A stretch of DNA of 64,000 nt from Guillardia theta CCMP2712 (Eukaryota > Protista > Cryptophyta). The position numbers and the translations under genes are program-made. How positions within the stretch are numbered: the stretch's first letter is position 1; every line of letters begins with the position of its first letter. Positions 24,701-39,700 of the stretch are shown here, one piece after another. The notes beneath the pieces were generated by a model. That model was not told where the DNA came from and searched no databases. It saw nothing but the letters and a program-made list of their open reading frames with translations. The DNA lies in contig NW_005434615.1 in the NCBI RefSeq assembly GCF_000315625.1, positions 68,852-132,851 of the forward strand, read 5' to 3'.

Positions 24701-27700
24701 TCTCTTGGACGATGTACGACGAGGTCCCGTCGCAACTTCCGATGACGTTGGCTGGGCCGTCGGACATGTACCTGAGAACTTCAAAGAAAGGGCTTCTCCT
24801 CTCCCAGCAGGACAACTTGATCGAGCTGCGAGCGGCAAAAGGCAACGTGATGTGGTCCCAGCTGACCGCCTTCGATCCCTTCGGGGCGCTCTCTTCTCTT
24901 CCGCGGCTGGCATTGCTGAACCCCTACCCTCAAGCGGAAGCCACGTCGGGGCTTCAGCTTGACTTCCAGTTGTCCATGGACCTTGTTCCCGGGGACAGCT
25001 TGAGGGTGTTCCTTCCAGGGTTTCGCGTGCCTAAGAATGGTCGATTGAATGTGTCGTCTGCAACGATCTTCAATGCAACCTCTCGAGTGGAAGTTGACGC
25101 GTTTGCTGGATCTGTGAGCAACATCTTTTACCATTATGCAAACTATGAGGTTGTGATGTTGACAGCAAATGATACCGAGGCCGCCGGAATTTTGATCGAC
25201 CTGAAGTGCGAGGATCGTGTCTTTTCCAATTCATCCATCTCGATTCAGGTTGGTGACGATGCGGAGGTTTCGCTTCCACATGATGGCGTCAAGGGCATAG
25301 AAGGCTTTGCGATGTCTGTCAATGCTTCTGATGGACCTGTCCTTCCTAGTCCATTTGCTTCTGTCCAGTCGGTTGGAATTCTTTCCAACACATCCATGAT
25401 TTTTGGAGACTTGGCAGCCGCTGGTGAGATTGGCAACCTGACGCTCTCGTTTTCGTTTTCATTCAATCTTTCCGAAGGCGATAAGATTGTCGTCAGGCTC
25501 CCAGCATTCTTCAATTTGTCTTCTCAGGGAACAGCAAGACTAATTGCTCATAATGAGTTGTCAATGGACATCGATTTTCATGTGCCTGAAATGTATGTGC
25601 TTGAGTTTACATTGCCCCAGAATGCTTTGATTCCTCCGGCGTCTCTTGTAAGTGTAAGCGTTGTCGAAGAATTCGTGCTACCTCCGCATGGCGTTGCTCA
25701 GGATTCAAAGATCAACATGACAGTCCTCCAAGGATCTTCATCGATTACCTTCTCCAACATTCAATCGAAGCAACCGGTTGGAGCGGTACTCAATGAAAAC
25801 ATTCTATTCGACTGTCCGAATGCAATGGGGGCTGTTGGCTTCACACTCTCCTTCCTTCCAACGATGAGCATCCAATCGGATGAAACAGTCGCTGTCTTTC
25901 TGAGAGGCTTCTATGCTGAGAACTACTATCAGCTTGCTGTCGCTTCTTCACAAGTACAACAAGTAACTGTTGAGCCGCTTCCCACTGGAGTCCGGGTTAT
26001 CTTTGCTGTACAGGCCCTGTCTGCAGGTAGTCAAGCAACATTGAGGGCCGACGTGACTCTGGGTATCAAGCCTCCGAATGCAAGCTCTTGCCATGATCGC
26101 ATTGCTGTCATCCTTTCTGTTTCTGCAGCTTCCGGTCCAGTGCGGAGCAAGGCTCTCTCTTCGGTCGTTACTGCCTCGGTCCGATCTCATGCTCCGGCGC
26201 CCGGTGAGACGTTATTCTTGTCTTTCGAGATGCTCTCAACTATCCAACTTCGTGCAAACGACACGATGATGCTTGTTCTCCCCCCATTTGACTTCGCCTC
26301 GACCGCATCTAGGAGTCTGGGCAGCACGGAGGTCGTACAAACGTGTGGAGATACTTCCGCTACTGTGTTTCAGTCGAGTGTTCTTTGGGACGCATTGTTG
26401 TCAAGTTTTGTTCTCAAGATTCCAGTTGACGTGCAGAGCGGTAGTAGGTTGTCAGTGAACATCAGTGGAGCACCAGCGGGATTGAAATTTCCGTTGCAGG
26501 GAATCCCTCTCTCACAGACGAATCAGTTCTCTGTCAAGATACAGCAGGAGTCACAGACTTACATCTCCTGCTTGGGAATGTTAACACCATTCGGAGCGTT
26601 CTTGAGTCCTACAAACGTAACATTCACGAGCAATGTGCCGGGAAGTGTGACTGGCTTTCAAATTACAATGGAGATGTCGATGAACCTGTATCAGAATGAC
26701 CGGATAGAAGTCTTCTTTGATGGGTTCGATATCTTTCCAAGTGGAGGATTTCGTCTGGATCAAAGATGTATGGTAGTCTATTGCGAGTTTCATCCTTTCT
26801 CATTCATCGTGAGTGCAGAGAGGAAGGCTGGGGGCGTACTGGTAGCCTTCATGAGCAATCAGTTCGTAGCTGGCTTTCAGAAGCTGGACTTGTCTGTGCC
26901 GGTGGAAGGAGGGTTGACCCTCCCGCGCAGTGAAGCTGCGCTACACTATTCGGTCAATGTGATAGCAGACGGTCTTGATGGTACCACCAGAAACCATCGG
27001 CCGATCAGAGTTCCAAGGCTTGGCTCGTTCCTTCCTTCCTACCTTACATGGAACTCGACTGGGAAAGAGACTGCTGACATTCGTCTCTTCTTCACTCCGC
27101 ATATTGAATTTCAAGGGGGTGAAACCGTCTCACTCCGCATGCTTCCCTTCCTTGCCTCCTCAGCCAACGTCTCCGCTGACTTTCACTTCTGTGACAAGTC
27201 TTTCTCGTCAGGCTGTAGGTTTGACAGTTGCTTTCAAAGTCTGACAGCAAAAGATGCGCTCGTGCAGTGTTGTGGTTGTGCTTTAGTACATTCTGTCCCG
27301 GTGACTTCCGTATGGAATACCTCTTCAAGCTCTCTGACCTTCGCCATTCCCTCGCTGTTTATGACTGCTGTAAACAGAAGCGATCTTTTGCAGCTCACTC
27401 CTTGTTCATTGCACATCCCACAGGGTACTTTCCGTTACAACTCAACCTTGAAATATGCAACTGTGTTGGATTTTACACTTTCGACAGACTCCAAGACTGC
27501 TCCAGTGTTGCATGAGCCAATTCAAAATGTTTCTGCCATTGGCGATACCAGCTCGAAGATATCGGTCGGTCATTATCAAGGTAGGGATGGAATTCAGAGT
27601 ATCATCAAGTTCAAATTTCCCTTCCGTCTTGTTTCCAGTACGAATTTTTCAGCCTTGGTCACTACGTTGGAACCATCCAGAAATGTGTCTTACTATTTGA

Positions 27701-30700
27701 ATGTGACTGAAGAAGTCTTTACGCTTGAAATGTACAACCAGACATATTTCAATACCGAAGAAATCGCCGTCAATCTGTCAATGCAAGAGTCATATATGGA
27801 TGTCTGCTTTGGAAATTTATCCCAATTTTCTATGCTTACAGAGCGTCGGAACTTCACTTCAAGCACAACAAAACTTCTGAATCGTACAAATGTGCAGAAC
27901 ATGACTCAAGTGAAGACCTTCACCATGATGACAGACCCTGTGGTATCCACAAACTTGACTGCTATCAAGCACAACGACACGATTGTATTGCACCTTCCAG
28001 AATTATCAGGACTAAGTTTTGAGAACGTGAGCTTGGATGTCCTGTGTCTGAACGACATTGGAATGCATTGGGATTACATACCACTGACCCAGCAAGAGTG
28101 TCAAGATCAGGTTCAGTCGTGCACTTGTCAAAGCTTTGGGCGCATCACTGCCGAATGGGACAACTCTCTCCACCTTCTTAGCATGACGGTTTATGGAAAT
28201 ATGAGTGGCGACATTCAGGTGCAGATTCCGGATCGATTGGGATTTATACTTCTTCCCCTTGTGTCATTTTCAGCACTTACCGACGCATGGATACAGACTG
28301 AGAGAATTCCTTTCTTCAAGTTAACTTGCGAGAAGGCAGTCAATGCTACTGTGCTTGAAGCATCAATGGAGTTTGGCCAAGTTTCAGCAGGGGAAGTAGC
28401 TGAAATCTTTGTTGTGATGTCTCTGTCTACGAAGATGAAGAGAGGCGACAATCTTTATATCTCGATGCCAGAATTCAATATCCAGCCCACAAATTCAAAG
28501 AGGAGTCCATTGATTGTCAACAGTCAGACTTGGAAATTCTTGGGCTATTGGGAGGCTATGTGTAACTTCTCTGGGATCAACATCGTTGCAGATCAAGACA
28601 TACCTCCTGGAACTTCAATTCATCTTACATTCCCCAAGGCCAATGGCATAATGATGCCTGTGCAAGGCGTGTTGAAAAACTCTTTTGACATTCAACTTTC
28701 AATGGTCACCTCCGAAAATTCTATTTCCAATGTACCTTTCAAGACGGTGCAACCTGTGGGCTCGTTTGCTAAGCTGCCAGTGATACAGTTCTTCCGAGTG
28801 AATTCCTCTGAGGCAGCCTTGTTCAATCTGAACGTCACATTTCACATGCCCGTAAGAGAAAGAGACGTCCTTGAGTTGGTTCTTCCAGGTTTCTCTTGCA
28901 GTGGGCGGTCGTGTCAAACTTCAAAACTGATTTCTATACTGCTCAAGTCAGCGACAACCAAGGAGCTCATGAATTTCTCAGCTAGTTGGACTGAAGCCTC
29001 CAAAAAGCTCAGGATTTTGTTTCCTCTCGATGCTTTGCCGGAGCAAGAAATCACATTTGAATCCACTAGCCCGATGCTGTTACCTGATGTCGGTGTATCA
29101 TGGGAGGGATCAGGGATAAGTATCTCTTTGAATTCAACGCTCGGCCCCATCGAGCCAACTTTAGTGCAAGTGATTCCCATTGGTTCAGTGCGCTCGTCTG
29201 CCATTGCGTTCGTCCCGGCGGTTGCAAACTCTCCTTCGAGAATCATTCTGACCTTTATACCGGGGATGGATATGAAGGTAGGCGACCTGGTCGAGCTGGG
29301 CTTGCCGCAGTTCTTGAGTCTTGATCGAACTCTGCCCAAGGTGAGGAGAGTGGTCTGTACCGAGAACGTGTGTGTGAAGATTCGAAATGGAGTTTGGGAC
29401 GAGAATGCACAGTTGATGACCCTCACAGTCCTGAGGCAGATCGTGGCCAGAGAACTAGTGACCTTCGAGATTCCGTTCTCCTTCGGTTTGTGTCTGCCAG
29501 AGAAAGGTTTTCGAGCAGATTCTTCGAACATCAATATCACAATCTTATCGAACTCATACGTGTTGGTAGGACCGATTCCTCTCGGATCTGTACAACCTGT
29601 GGGTGGTTTTGTACAAGCTTCTGTGACTTTCAATCCAAACATACCCAATGTGAAGACCAATATTGTGTTGAGATTCATTCCTTCTGCTCGGCAACTGCGT
29701 GGCCGCAGCTTGTTCCTTACCATGCCTGGGTTTTCCAACACAAGACTGGGCAATTTTTCTGTCACATCTTTCCCAGCTTCATTTGTTAAGTTTGCCCGGT
29801 GGTCTGCGTCAACCTTCCAACTTCAATTCTTCATTGAAAACGATGTCCCTGAAATGACTCAGATAGTTCTATCTATTGACGCCGATGTTGGCTTTCAGAT
29901 TCCATCGGACTCGATGCAAACAAGCCTCGTCTTCAAACTTCAGTCTGACATGCCAGACGGCCAGATGCCTCAGCCCCTTCCTATTCGCGCAAATTTGTCT
30001 TCTGGTCAGCTGTTTTCGTTTTCGTCGTCAAAGTTGTCATTCCGGCAGAAATATGCTGGAAAGCCGACGTCTCTTTTTCTCGAATTCTCAACTGCACTAT
30101 TTTTTGTCGAGAACGATCAGCTCCTGTTGCTCCTACCTGGCTTCACCCGCAGGAACGGCGATGTAACCTGTAAAAACATTACCACCACGCCGAGTTCAGC
30201 AGTGAAGCTAGCTCTATGGATTCAAAAAGACAACACTTTGGTTCTCAACATCTCGACATATTTTGAAGAGAACAAACAATTTCAAATACTTGTCTCAGAC
30301 GCATGTGGCATTGAGTTACCTTTTGATGGTGTTTCATCTTATCAAAGTGGCATCAAACTCTCTGCAGTAAACGCTGCTGGTCAAATTGGCTTTATGCCAC
30401 TGTCCATGGTCGAACCTGTTGGATCGTTCGGTTACTCAACGGAATTGCATTTCGCCGAATACGGACCACAGAGACAGGTGAAGTTCTCGATTACCTTTTC
30501 ACCAAAAATGGGCTTATCACCCGGAGATGAATTGATTGTGAGTCTGCCTGGATTTGTCTGCAATCGCACGATGGTCAACCTGTCGTCCAACAAAGAGGGC
30601 CTCGTTTCAGTTGGATATTGGAGGCAATATGAAGTGATTGAAAAGCTTCGCAACGGCACCAGCTCTGGGCCGATCTTCCAAATCAGCGAAGAAATTGTAT

Positions 30701-33700
30701 GCGAAAACAGATCATCTGTTGTTGAGGTTAGACAGAGTGCTGACCCATGGTGCGTTCCAAAAGTAAGTGAGATTATACAGACCGTCTGTTGGAATATTTC
30801 GAACAAAACATATATAAGTTCCCAGAATTCATCTTTCATGTACGATAGTGAAATTTTCCCTAAGCATGAATTGACCATTCCGATACTCCACGGACTTGAT
30901 CCGTGCCAAGTGGTGACTTTGCAAATTGTGAACAATGATTCTTTCTACTTACCACTGGAAGGTGTACGCGCCAATGACGCAAACCTTACTTTGCGAGCGA
31001 GCGCTGTCGCAGGCAATGTTCCAGCAACACCATTCGTAAGTACTATGGCAGTTGGAGCAGAATCGACGTGTGACTTCGGATTTTTTCCCCAAACTGCTGG
31101 AAGGTCTACTCAATTAGAATTCAGTTTCTCTTCGATGATGCCGCTTTCCGATGGAGACCTGATTGTTTTACGCGTTCCAGGCCTGCGGTTGAAGAACGTT
31201 TCTGTTGAAATTCCTGGTTGGAAGCTACTGAATGATGCAGCGAGTAACAGACAATATTTCTTGAACACTTTGACCAAGCAATCTGTGTGGGCAAGTGATC
31301 TCATCCTTGATTTTGAGCGAGAGTATTCCACGATTAATGAATTCACGAATGTTTCATACGGAGTGGTCGGGAGCCAAGTTTCATCTAAGAATGCAAGTGC
31401 GGGTAACCTCACGAATCCGGTCATGATTGTTGGTGGCATAGGTTATTCTGGTTTGGGAACTTGGTGTCCTTTGAGTGAGGAATTGACTGTCCTTGTGTCA
31501 AATAGCATCCAGGCTGGCGTTAGATCCACCTTCAAGATTGAACCGTTCGGCAGTACCTTTGTACTTCCCGACAAGGGTTTTACCCCCGACAATTCCGTGT
31601 TTTTCAAAGTGGTGTCAAAATCAGGAAATGTCCAAGAAAGCAGCTGCAAGGCTGCTCAAATTACTGCATTCGTGAACTCAAGTTTAGAAACGTTTGTTAA
31701 TCAGTCGAACCAATTTTCAGAGATTCACATAAAGTTCACAGCATCGGTTTCCTTACAGTCTGGCGATATTCTTGTTGTGTCTTTGCCTCAATTCACAAGA
31801 ATGTTCAATAGTAACTTTGAATTGAGATTATCTTCTGGAAATCAACATTGGTTCTGCGCTGCTGAGTACATTCAAGACAATTTCACCTTGTATGTGAACA
31901 ATTCGATCTTGGTTCAGGGTGCAAGTGCAGTGGAAATGGTCATTCCCGAAAACCTTGGATTCAAGATTCCACGGAATGGTATAAGAGTAAACGATACAAG
32001 ATTTCTCATAGGACTGAAATCTTCCACAATCGGAATTCCTTTGACAGTATTTCGACATGTGACACCAGTTGGAACTCTCAAGTTCAGCTCCGTCACCATG
32101 CTTCCAATTCGTATCTCAGAGGATGTGGAATTGAATATCTCCTTCAGTCCGTTCATGAACTTAGATGCAGGCTCGCTGGTACGCATTGAATTTCCTCAAT
32201 TCGCTTTTCAGCCCAATGCATCCTACGCAATCACACCTGATTTGTCAGTTTGTCCTGATTTTCAAGTTCATTTCAAAAACGATACCATAGTAGATTCACG
32301 TTTAGAATTCACTATCAGGTTTCAATTCAATTCTACAATCGAGCCAGGAAATCTGATCTCGATCCGGTTTATGAATCAATCGATGAAAAATTACGAGTTT
32401 CAATTGTCACCTTCACCGCTGATCGATGTCAAATGGCATTCACAAAACTCAAATGTGAACGATCCATTGTTCGTCTTCAACGACTATGTTGAACCTCAGA
32501 CTGATATAAACATGACCTTTCTCATCTTGACAGGTCAGGACAAGTTTTATATCATCCCTCCTGAGTTGTTTGAAGTCTTTCTCCTACGCAGCACTGCGGA
32601 CACTTGTCAAAATTCGACTCAATCTTGTAATCTTTCCACGTGTGATTTGAATTCCAACACCTTGAATTCGACCAACGTGTCCCACGCCAATCATTCCAGC
32701 AATGCGAGCTACTGTGACAAGAATCTTTCATTCATGATGGAAAGCTCAATTTTCACGAGCGTTTCGAGAAATTTGAAATCGGTGCTGGAGCTCCAGGTAA
32801 AGACCACAATATTGGCTGAGTCAAACATCCAGCTACGTTTTCACAGAAACATTTTCTCAGTTCAGTTTCTTGGAGATGTTTTGGATCCATCTACGTCGGT
32901 GCCCAAAATTGCGATAACTTGCCCAAGTGGAAACATCCCTTTGACAGTCTTTCAACAATATCCTGCTTTATCACGGTGGAAGAATGTCGATGTTGTCCAA
33001 TTGCAATTTCAGCAGAGTACTCAAGCAATATCTTCGACTGTTCAGATCGATGGAGAATTGATCTCCAAGGTTTCCATGGTACCAGGAGATTCCATGTCAA
33101 TCGTTCTGACAGGTTTTAGCGCTCCTTGCAATCGTGAACCATGTAGCCCTGGTTTCTATAGGAGCAACTGTTCGGATGCCATGTATCAAGATAGCATTTG
33201 CCTTCCGTGTTCATTCGTCGCTCCTCCAAACTCTCAACTCAGTATAGCGAATCCATTCGATCAGGACAGATGCAGCTTTCTTTGTAAATCAGGGTTTTAC
33301 CGCAACTATTCCACTTGTCTACAATGCAATACGTCTCGATGCCCCCTTGGATTCTATAGAGAGAATTGTGAGTTTGGCCGAGATTCTGATGCGATATGCA
33401 AACCCTGCCAGTTCCACAATCACACGGCCTTCAACGCTTCAGACGGCGGAAACTGTACTTTCTACTGTCTAGCGGGGTACTATCTGCATGGAGACACTTG
33501 TCTTCCATGCAATACATCGCATTGCGAATCAGGTTATTTCCGGCAGCAGTGCGAAGAAAACTCAAAGAAAGATTCAGAATGCTTGCCATGTTCGCAAGGA
33601 CCTAGCAACTCCAGCAAGGGCAAGGCAATTATCTACAACGAAGATACCTGTGACGTGATCTGTCACGCTGGTTTTTGGCGAAAGAAAACATCTCAGAACC

Positions 33701-36700
33701 CTCCTCAATATCAGTGTATGCCTTGCAACACTTCATCATGCCCTCTTGGTAGGTTCAGAAACCTTTCGACTTGTTTCGGTGATCAGGATGCCATGTGTGT
33801 GTCATGTTCAGGCTCCACCAACGGCCATTCCACCTTTGTTTCGCAAGGGATTCCGAGCACCGAAGATAAGTGTGAATGGGAGTGCATGCTCGGATTCTGG
33901 AGGAATCATTCTGAATGTGTTCGTTGCTCTAATGTCAATTGCTACGTCGGAGAATTTGTTCAGCCATGTTCTCAAACGAAACCAGCGGAGTGTAGGAAGT
34001 GTGAAAACGCACCGGCAAACAGTCATTACCTTCGCTCGATTTATCCAGGCTCTGCAGTCTTTCACATGGAACCTACGCAAAGCTATGTGACTAACAATTG
34101 CTCGTGGGACTGTAATGACGGATTTCGTAGGATCAACGATACATGTGTTCGATGCTCAAATTTGACCTGCCCATCAAACTCTTACCTGGGTGAATGTATT
34201 GGAAATCAAGACACAATCTGTGTCGAATGCCTGCCAGACTTTGCACCCAACAGTATTTCAGTATCTTTGGCTGTCAGCAAATGCCGACGGGTCTGTCAGA
34301 CAGGATTTTGGCATTCATCTGCATTGAAGGCTTGTGTGCCCTGCACAAGTTCTGCTATGTTTTTCGCGTCGAATCACAGCCGTTGCCCATCAGGATACCG
34401 ATGGGATACTTCAGTTTGTAGAGGAAACGTAGACTCCCAATGCACCGAATGTCCTGCTTTGAATTTTTCTCTTGCAGTATACATGGACTCAAACACATCT
34501 GAATGCCAATGGGCTTGTCCTCCAGGATACTTCAAGTCGAATGAAACTTGCATCTCTTGCAACAGGTCGATGTGTCCTGCTGGAAAATTTCGAACTTTGT
34601 GTCCTTTGAATTCCACAAAAGACTCCGAGTGTCAGGCATGCTCGAAGGGTCCAAGCAACTCTACGCTGCTGGAAGCAACTGAGATAGGATTTGACTCCTG
34701 CTCGTTTGTTTGCAACGAAGGATTCTTCAAGACGATGACAACGCTCAATGGAGTGACTGTCGAGACTTGTCAAGCTTGCAACACTTCAATCTGTCTGCCC
34801 GGAAAGTATCTCAGTAAATGTGACCATTATCTTGGGGACAGCTTTTGTGTACCATGCACAACCCGCCCTGCTAATTCGCATTACATAGGTCCCGGATTTC
34901 CGTTTGACGCAGATAATTGTTCTTGGCAATGTGATTACGGTTTCTGGAGGAATGGAAGCGTATGCGTGGCATGCGCTGACTATCTTTGCGCATCCGGATA
35001 TTACAGAACTCAGTGCACTGAGCGTATTGATTCAAATTGTGTCCAATGCTCAGATGAGGGCATTCCTAAAAATGCTGAATTTACAAACATGTTGGAGGAT
35101 TCGATTGGTGTGCAATCCAGCAACAAGTCTCAGTGTCTCTGGAAATGTTTAGAAGATTTCTGGTGGAATGGTACGGCTTGCGTATCTTGTGATCTTATTC
35201 CGTGCGAGAAAGATCAGTACAAGACTACCTGCATGAAGAATCTAGACTCTGGGTGCAAAGTTTGTTCTATGTTTTCCTCTGCAGTCTTCCCTCAGCTCCC
35301 AGTCTCTTTCAATGCATTAGAATATTCAATCCTAAACGTTACTCACAACATTTTCAGGAATATGTATATCAAACATTCTCGAAATGATAGATATGTAGAA
35401 TTGTTTTTCATCTTGGGAAGTGTGGTTCCAGCAAGAGAGACAATCAAGTTTTCAATTCCGGCCTCTGTTGATATTCGAACACCAGAAGTGGGAATAAGCT
35501 CCTGTAATCAATATTTTCCATGTTCGTTCAAGATCCATTCAAATTTATCAGCAGGAATAGTGGAGGATAAATGTATTTGTGACTTCAACACATTAGGATA
35601 CCTGAACATGACGAGCATCAGGTTTGACCCGCCTGTTGCTGGAGAGACGTGCATGATCTACTTTCGATTCCTACCATCTATACCAATCAACGAAGAAGAT
35701 ATTTTGATTTTGTCGTTACCAGACTTTCTAGCAAAGGATTTTGATAATATTTCTTCGTTTATTCAAGTGGTGCCTGTTGCAAAGCTAAATACTAGCAATC
35801 TTACCAGTTCATCTGGATGGAATCTCACGAACTCTTCTCAAGTCAACTCTACAAATTCGACTGAGTTGAATTCTACAAACTCTTCGGAATCGATATGGCT
35901 TTCTTGGAACCAATCGAAACATGAGTTGCATATCACGTTCAAGAGTACGCTACAGAACGGTGTTCTGTACGAGGCATTGATTCCATCAATTGCTGGTCTA
36001 TCGTTGCCTCCAACTGGCATTTTCCAGCGGCTTGGGAATTTCAATGCGAGAATAGACTCTCCTCGAAGCTTCGTTCGAAGAACTCAGTTGAACTCAATAC
36101 AAAGAGTTGGATCTTTCAACAATTCCGTTGGAATTAATTTTGAAGTGGTTGGGCAAGACTTGGTCTCTTTCTTCGAAATATCTTTTATTCCATTTATGTT
36201 GATCCAAGCAGGAGAAAAGATTGAGTTCAAATTGGTAAATTTCACTTTCAACGATTTTTTCCAGGCACAGTCGAATTTCCCAAATATTTTGTTCGATATT
36301 ACATTCTCACGCAATGATAGTGTTCTGGAAGTTCGCCCAAAAATCGATTTGCCTGTTAGTAAGCAAGTTCGTATAATCATCTCACCTACAGACCTGGTTG
36401 CTCTTCCTGCACTAGGGATCAGTCAAGACTTCTTGTTCACGGTTTCAAGTAATGCTGTTGAAGGCCCTGTGATCCAAGAGACCATAACAAAATTTCCAGT
36501 GATTGGTTCCTTTGGGGATCATCCTCTGCTTGAAATCAACTCGGCAAACATTAATGATCCATTCCTTACTCTTGTTTTGAGATTTTCTGTTCAGATGGAC
36601 ATGGATATTGGGCAAGTAATACGCCTCCATCTGCCCGGCTTTGAAGGTATCGGCAAACGTAGGATCATAAAGCAAGAAGGAACTGTCTCAGTAGCTTATT

Positions 36701-39700
36701 GGGAAACGAATTCGCAGATCTTAGATCTCATCTTGAGGTTCAAAGTTCAACGAGGACAACAGATTCAAATCGCTGTTAGGTCATCATTCGGTTTGATGCT
36801 TCCGTTGACTGGCCTTAGGAAGAGAACGCTTTTCCTTAGTACCGATGCTACGAGTGGGCCAGTAGTGACTTCTTACCTCAATTATCTCCCAATCGGTTCT
36901 ATCAAACAATCGAGAATTTTCTATTCTGCATGCAATGTAATCCTGTCAGAAGCTTTCTCATCGCTTGATCCTTGTAACAACGTGCCCCTCAATCCGTTAT
37001 CAGACGTTTCCATTTACATTGAGCTTGTTTTTAGCATGGCAATCATGGTGGGTGACAATATTTCACTCAATTTTCCTGGGTTTCAAGGAATTCCCCAAGG
37101 GCCAAACATCGTTGAGCAGCTTGCTAACTACTCTACAATGTACGGGAAAGGACAACGACTTGATTTTGTCATGAAACAGCAGTATGCCCCAGATTCCAAG
37201 ATTCAATTTTATCTGCCCATCGAACTGGGAATCCGACTGCCTCCGGCCGGGGTCACTGAGAACCAGACCGACCTCACCGTGTCCACCAACGCTGCGGCCG
37301 GCCCAGTCCCTCCCACGCCCATCTCCTACTCTCCCAGCGTAGGCGTGTTCTGGTTAAAGCCTGCCCTGAGCTTCGACGGAGGCCAGGCAGGAGAGGTATC
37401 GGGGCTGAGGATAGCCTTCGGCTTCACGATGGACGTGGAGGAGGGCTCTGTGATGGAGGTACAGCTGCCCAACTTCACCATAGCGATGGAGGTCAACATG
37501 GTGGTAACGGGTAGCGACGGGTCGAAGTTGAATGCGACGGCAATGTCGGGAGGAGGCGGGGTGACGTTGAAGCTACGGGTACTGCCAGGCAGCCGGGTGA
37601 AGGCGTACAGGAGGGTAGAGGTTGACTTAATGAGCTCGTTAGGGGTTCGTCTTCCCCCGACGGGAGTAAAGTCTGATGATCAATTTTTCTTTCACTTCAG
37701 AAATGATACGATCATTCAAACTATTCTTTGCGATAAGGAATTGGTCGGCTTCTTTCCGACAGCGCCAGAGCTTATTTTTGACTTCTCGCATGGACCGAAT
37801 GAGGCTTGTTTTACACTCTTATTTTCTTTGTCTGAAACAATAACCTGTTCGGACAGTGTCAATTTGTACCTTCCAAACTTCAAAGGAAATTTCTCCGAAC
37901 AGTATATTAAGTTGAATGGTTCTTCGATACTTAATGTATCATGGAATCAACAAAATAGCAGTTTGTTTTTCTTTCCAGATTGTGAGATGGATTTAAAGAA
38001 ATCAAAATTGATAAATGTATCGTTTTGTGGTTTTCCATTATACTTGCCTGAGGTGGGCATACGTCGTAACTCATCTGCACGGTTGATTGTGCAGTCTGCG
38101 ACATACCCAGCCATTTCAACTCAAGTAAGCTTGCCAGCAGTTGGATCTTTCTCCTTCTTTGCTCTTGAATTCATACCAAGAGAAACCGCCGACTCATTTG
38201 ACCTTGCGATCCACTTTCAATTCTTGATGGAATTGAATCGAGGTGACAGACTCTATGTCAGCATGAGAGATTTTGCTATTTCATCTCAGTGTATTGGGGT
38301 TTGGTCCACAGAAATTGAGACCTTCTCCTTCGTTGAATGGGACTCTACACTCCACATGCTCACCATACCTGTGCAGAGTGATGTTTTGAAACAGCGAGAA
38401 GTAAGAATCGTAATTGCAGGAGTAGGAATGCAATTGCCATATCATCGTATGAATTCTAGCTACGATGGCTTTCAGCTCAGTGGGACATGCAAGGCTGGCA
38501 ATGTGATTCCGATTCAAATCTCAAACTTCTCCAGAATCGGCCAAATGCGATCTTCTCTTGATTTCCCTGTGATGGACTATGAGCGTAGAGTTTTGTACCA
38601 GATCCAAATTGATACAAATGCTGAGCCAAAGAACAGATCTTCTATGGAAACCCTTTCGATATCCATCGAGGTCCTAGTGAAAGTCAACGCTTCCAACTTG
38701 ATAGAAATAGACATGATCGGCTTGGGTTTGAACCATACCACTGTTGAAGGTGTATCTTGTTTGCCAACTTCCAAAGTGAGTCTTTTCAAGTTTGACCGTA
38801 AAACACAGAGCATAATTTTGCAGGCTGCTGAGGACTTGTTTCCATCGAATATAATATCCGTTCAGATTTTCTTCAACAGCAGTCAACAAAACGTATCCAG
38901 CAGACTAGACAGAAATTCCGCACAAACTTTGTTTGTTGGGACATATATTACCTCGACCTCTGCAGAACTTCCTATTTCATGCAATAATGAAAATTCTATT
39001 CGGGTTTCTCAGCTTCAAGTCTCTAACGCGAAACTTGATCAGAACCATTCCATCTTGTATGCCTTGAGAAATGTCAATTTGACAAAAGGGGATGTCCTAG
39101 ATTTGCCATTTCCGTCTGCGTATGTAAGTCTGGACTGTGGCTCCATGTTTGATGTTCATGTCTATGGCTCCGGAAATTTCTCTGTGCTGCCTATCATCTC
39201 GAAGGGCATCCTTTCATTGCGGACCGAACAAGATCTCAATTCTGAATTTATAGTGTTACAATTTTCTTCGCCTGGTTTGAAAGTTGCTTTTGAACATGTC
39301 AAGGTATATTCTTTCGATGAGTCCGAGAAATTGCAGAGCAAAGATGCTGTTGCCAGAATGATAAATTATCAATCCATTTTTGTGCAAAACCATAGCATGA
39401 TGTTCCAATTGTTCGACCAGATGCAAAACTTCAACCTAAAATTCACTTCCACTATGATGATTCAGAAGAAAGAGAAGTTAACTATCAGACTAACAAGCTT
39501 CGAGGGAGACGACTTTGCTTGCATACCTGTGGTCTCAAGCCCGGCCGGAAAGATCGCATTCGCTTCATGGCGCACGGATACTCAGCAGCTCAGCATGACG
39601 TTGGAGGAAGACGTCCAGAGCGGGGAGGAGCTTCAAGTGCATGTGCCTTGGTACTCCGGCATCCGTCTTCCTCCGGCCGGGGTCACTGAGAACCAGACCG

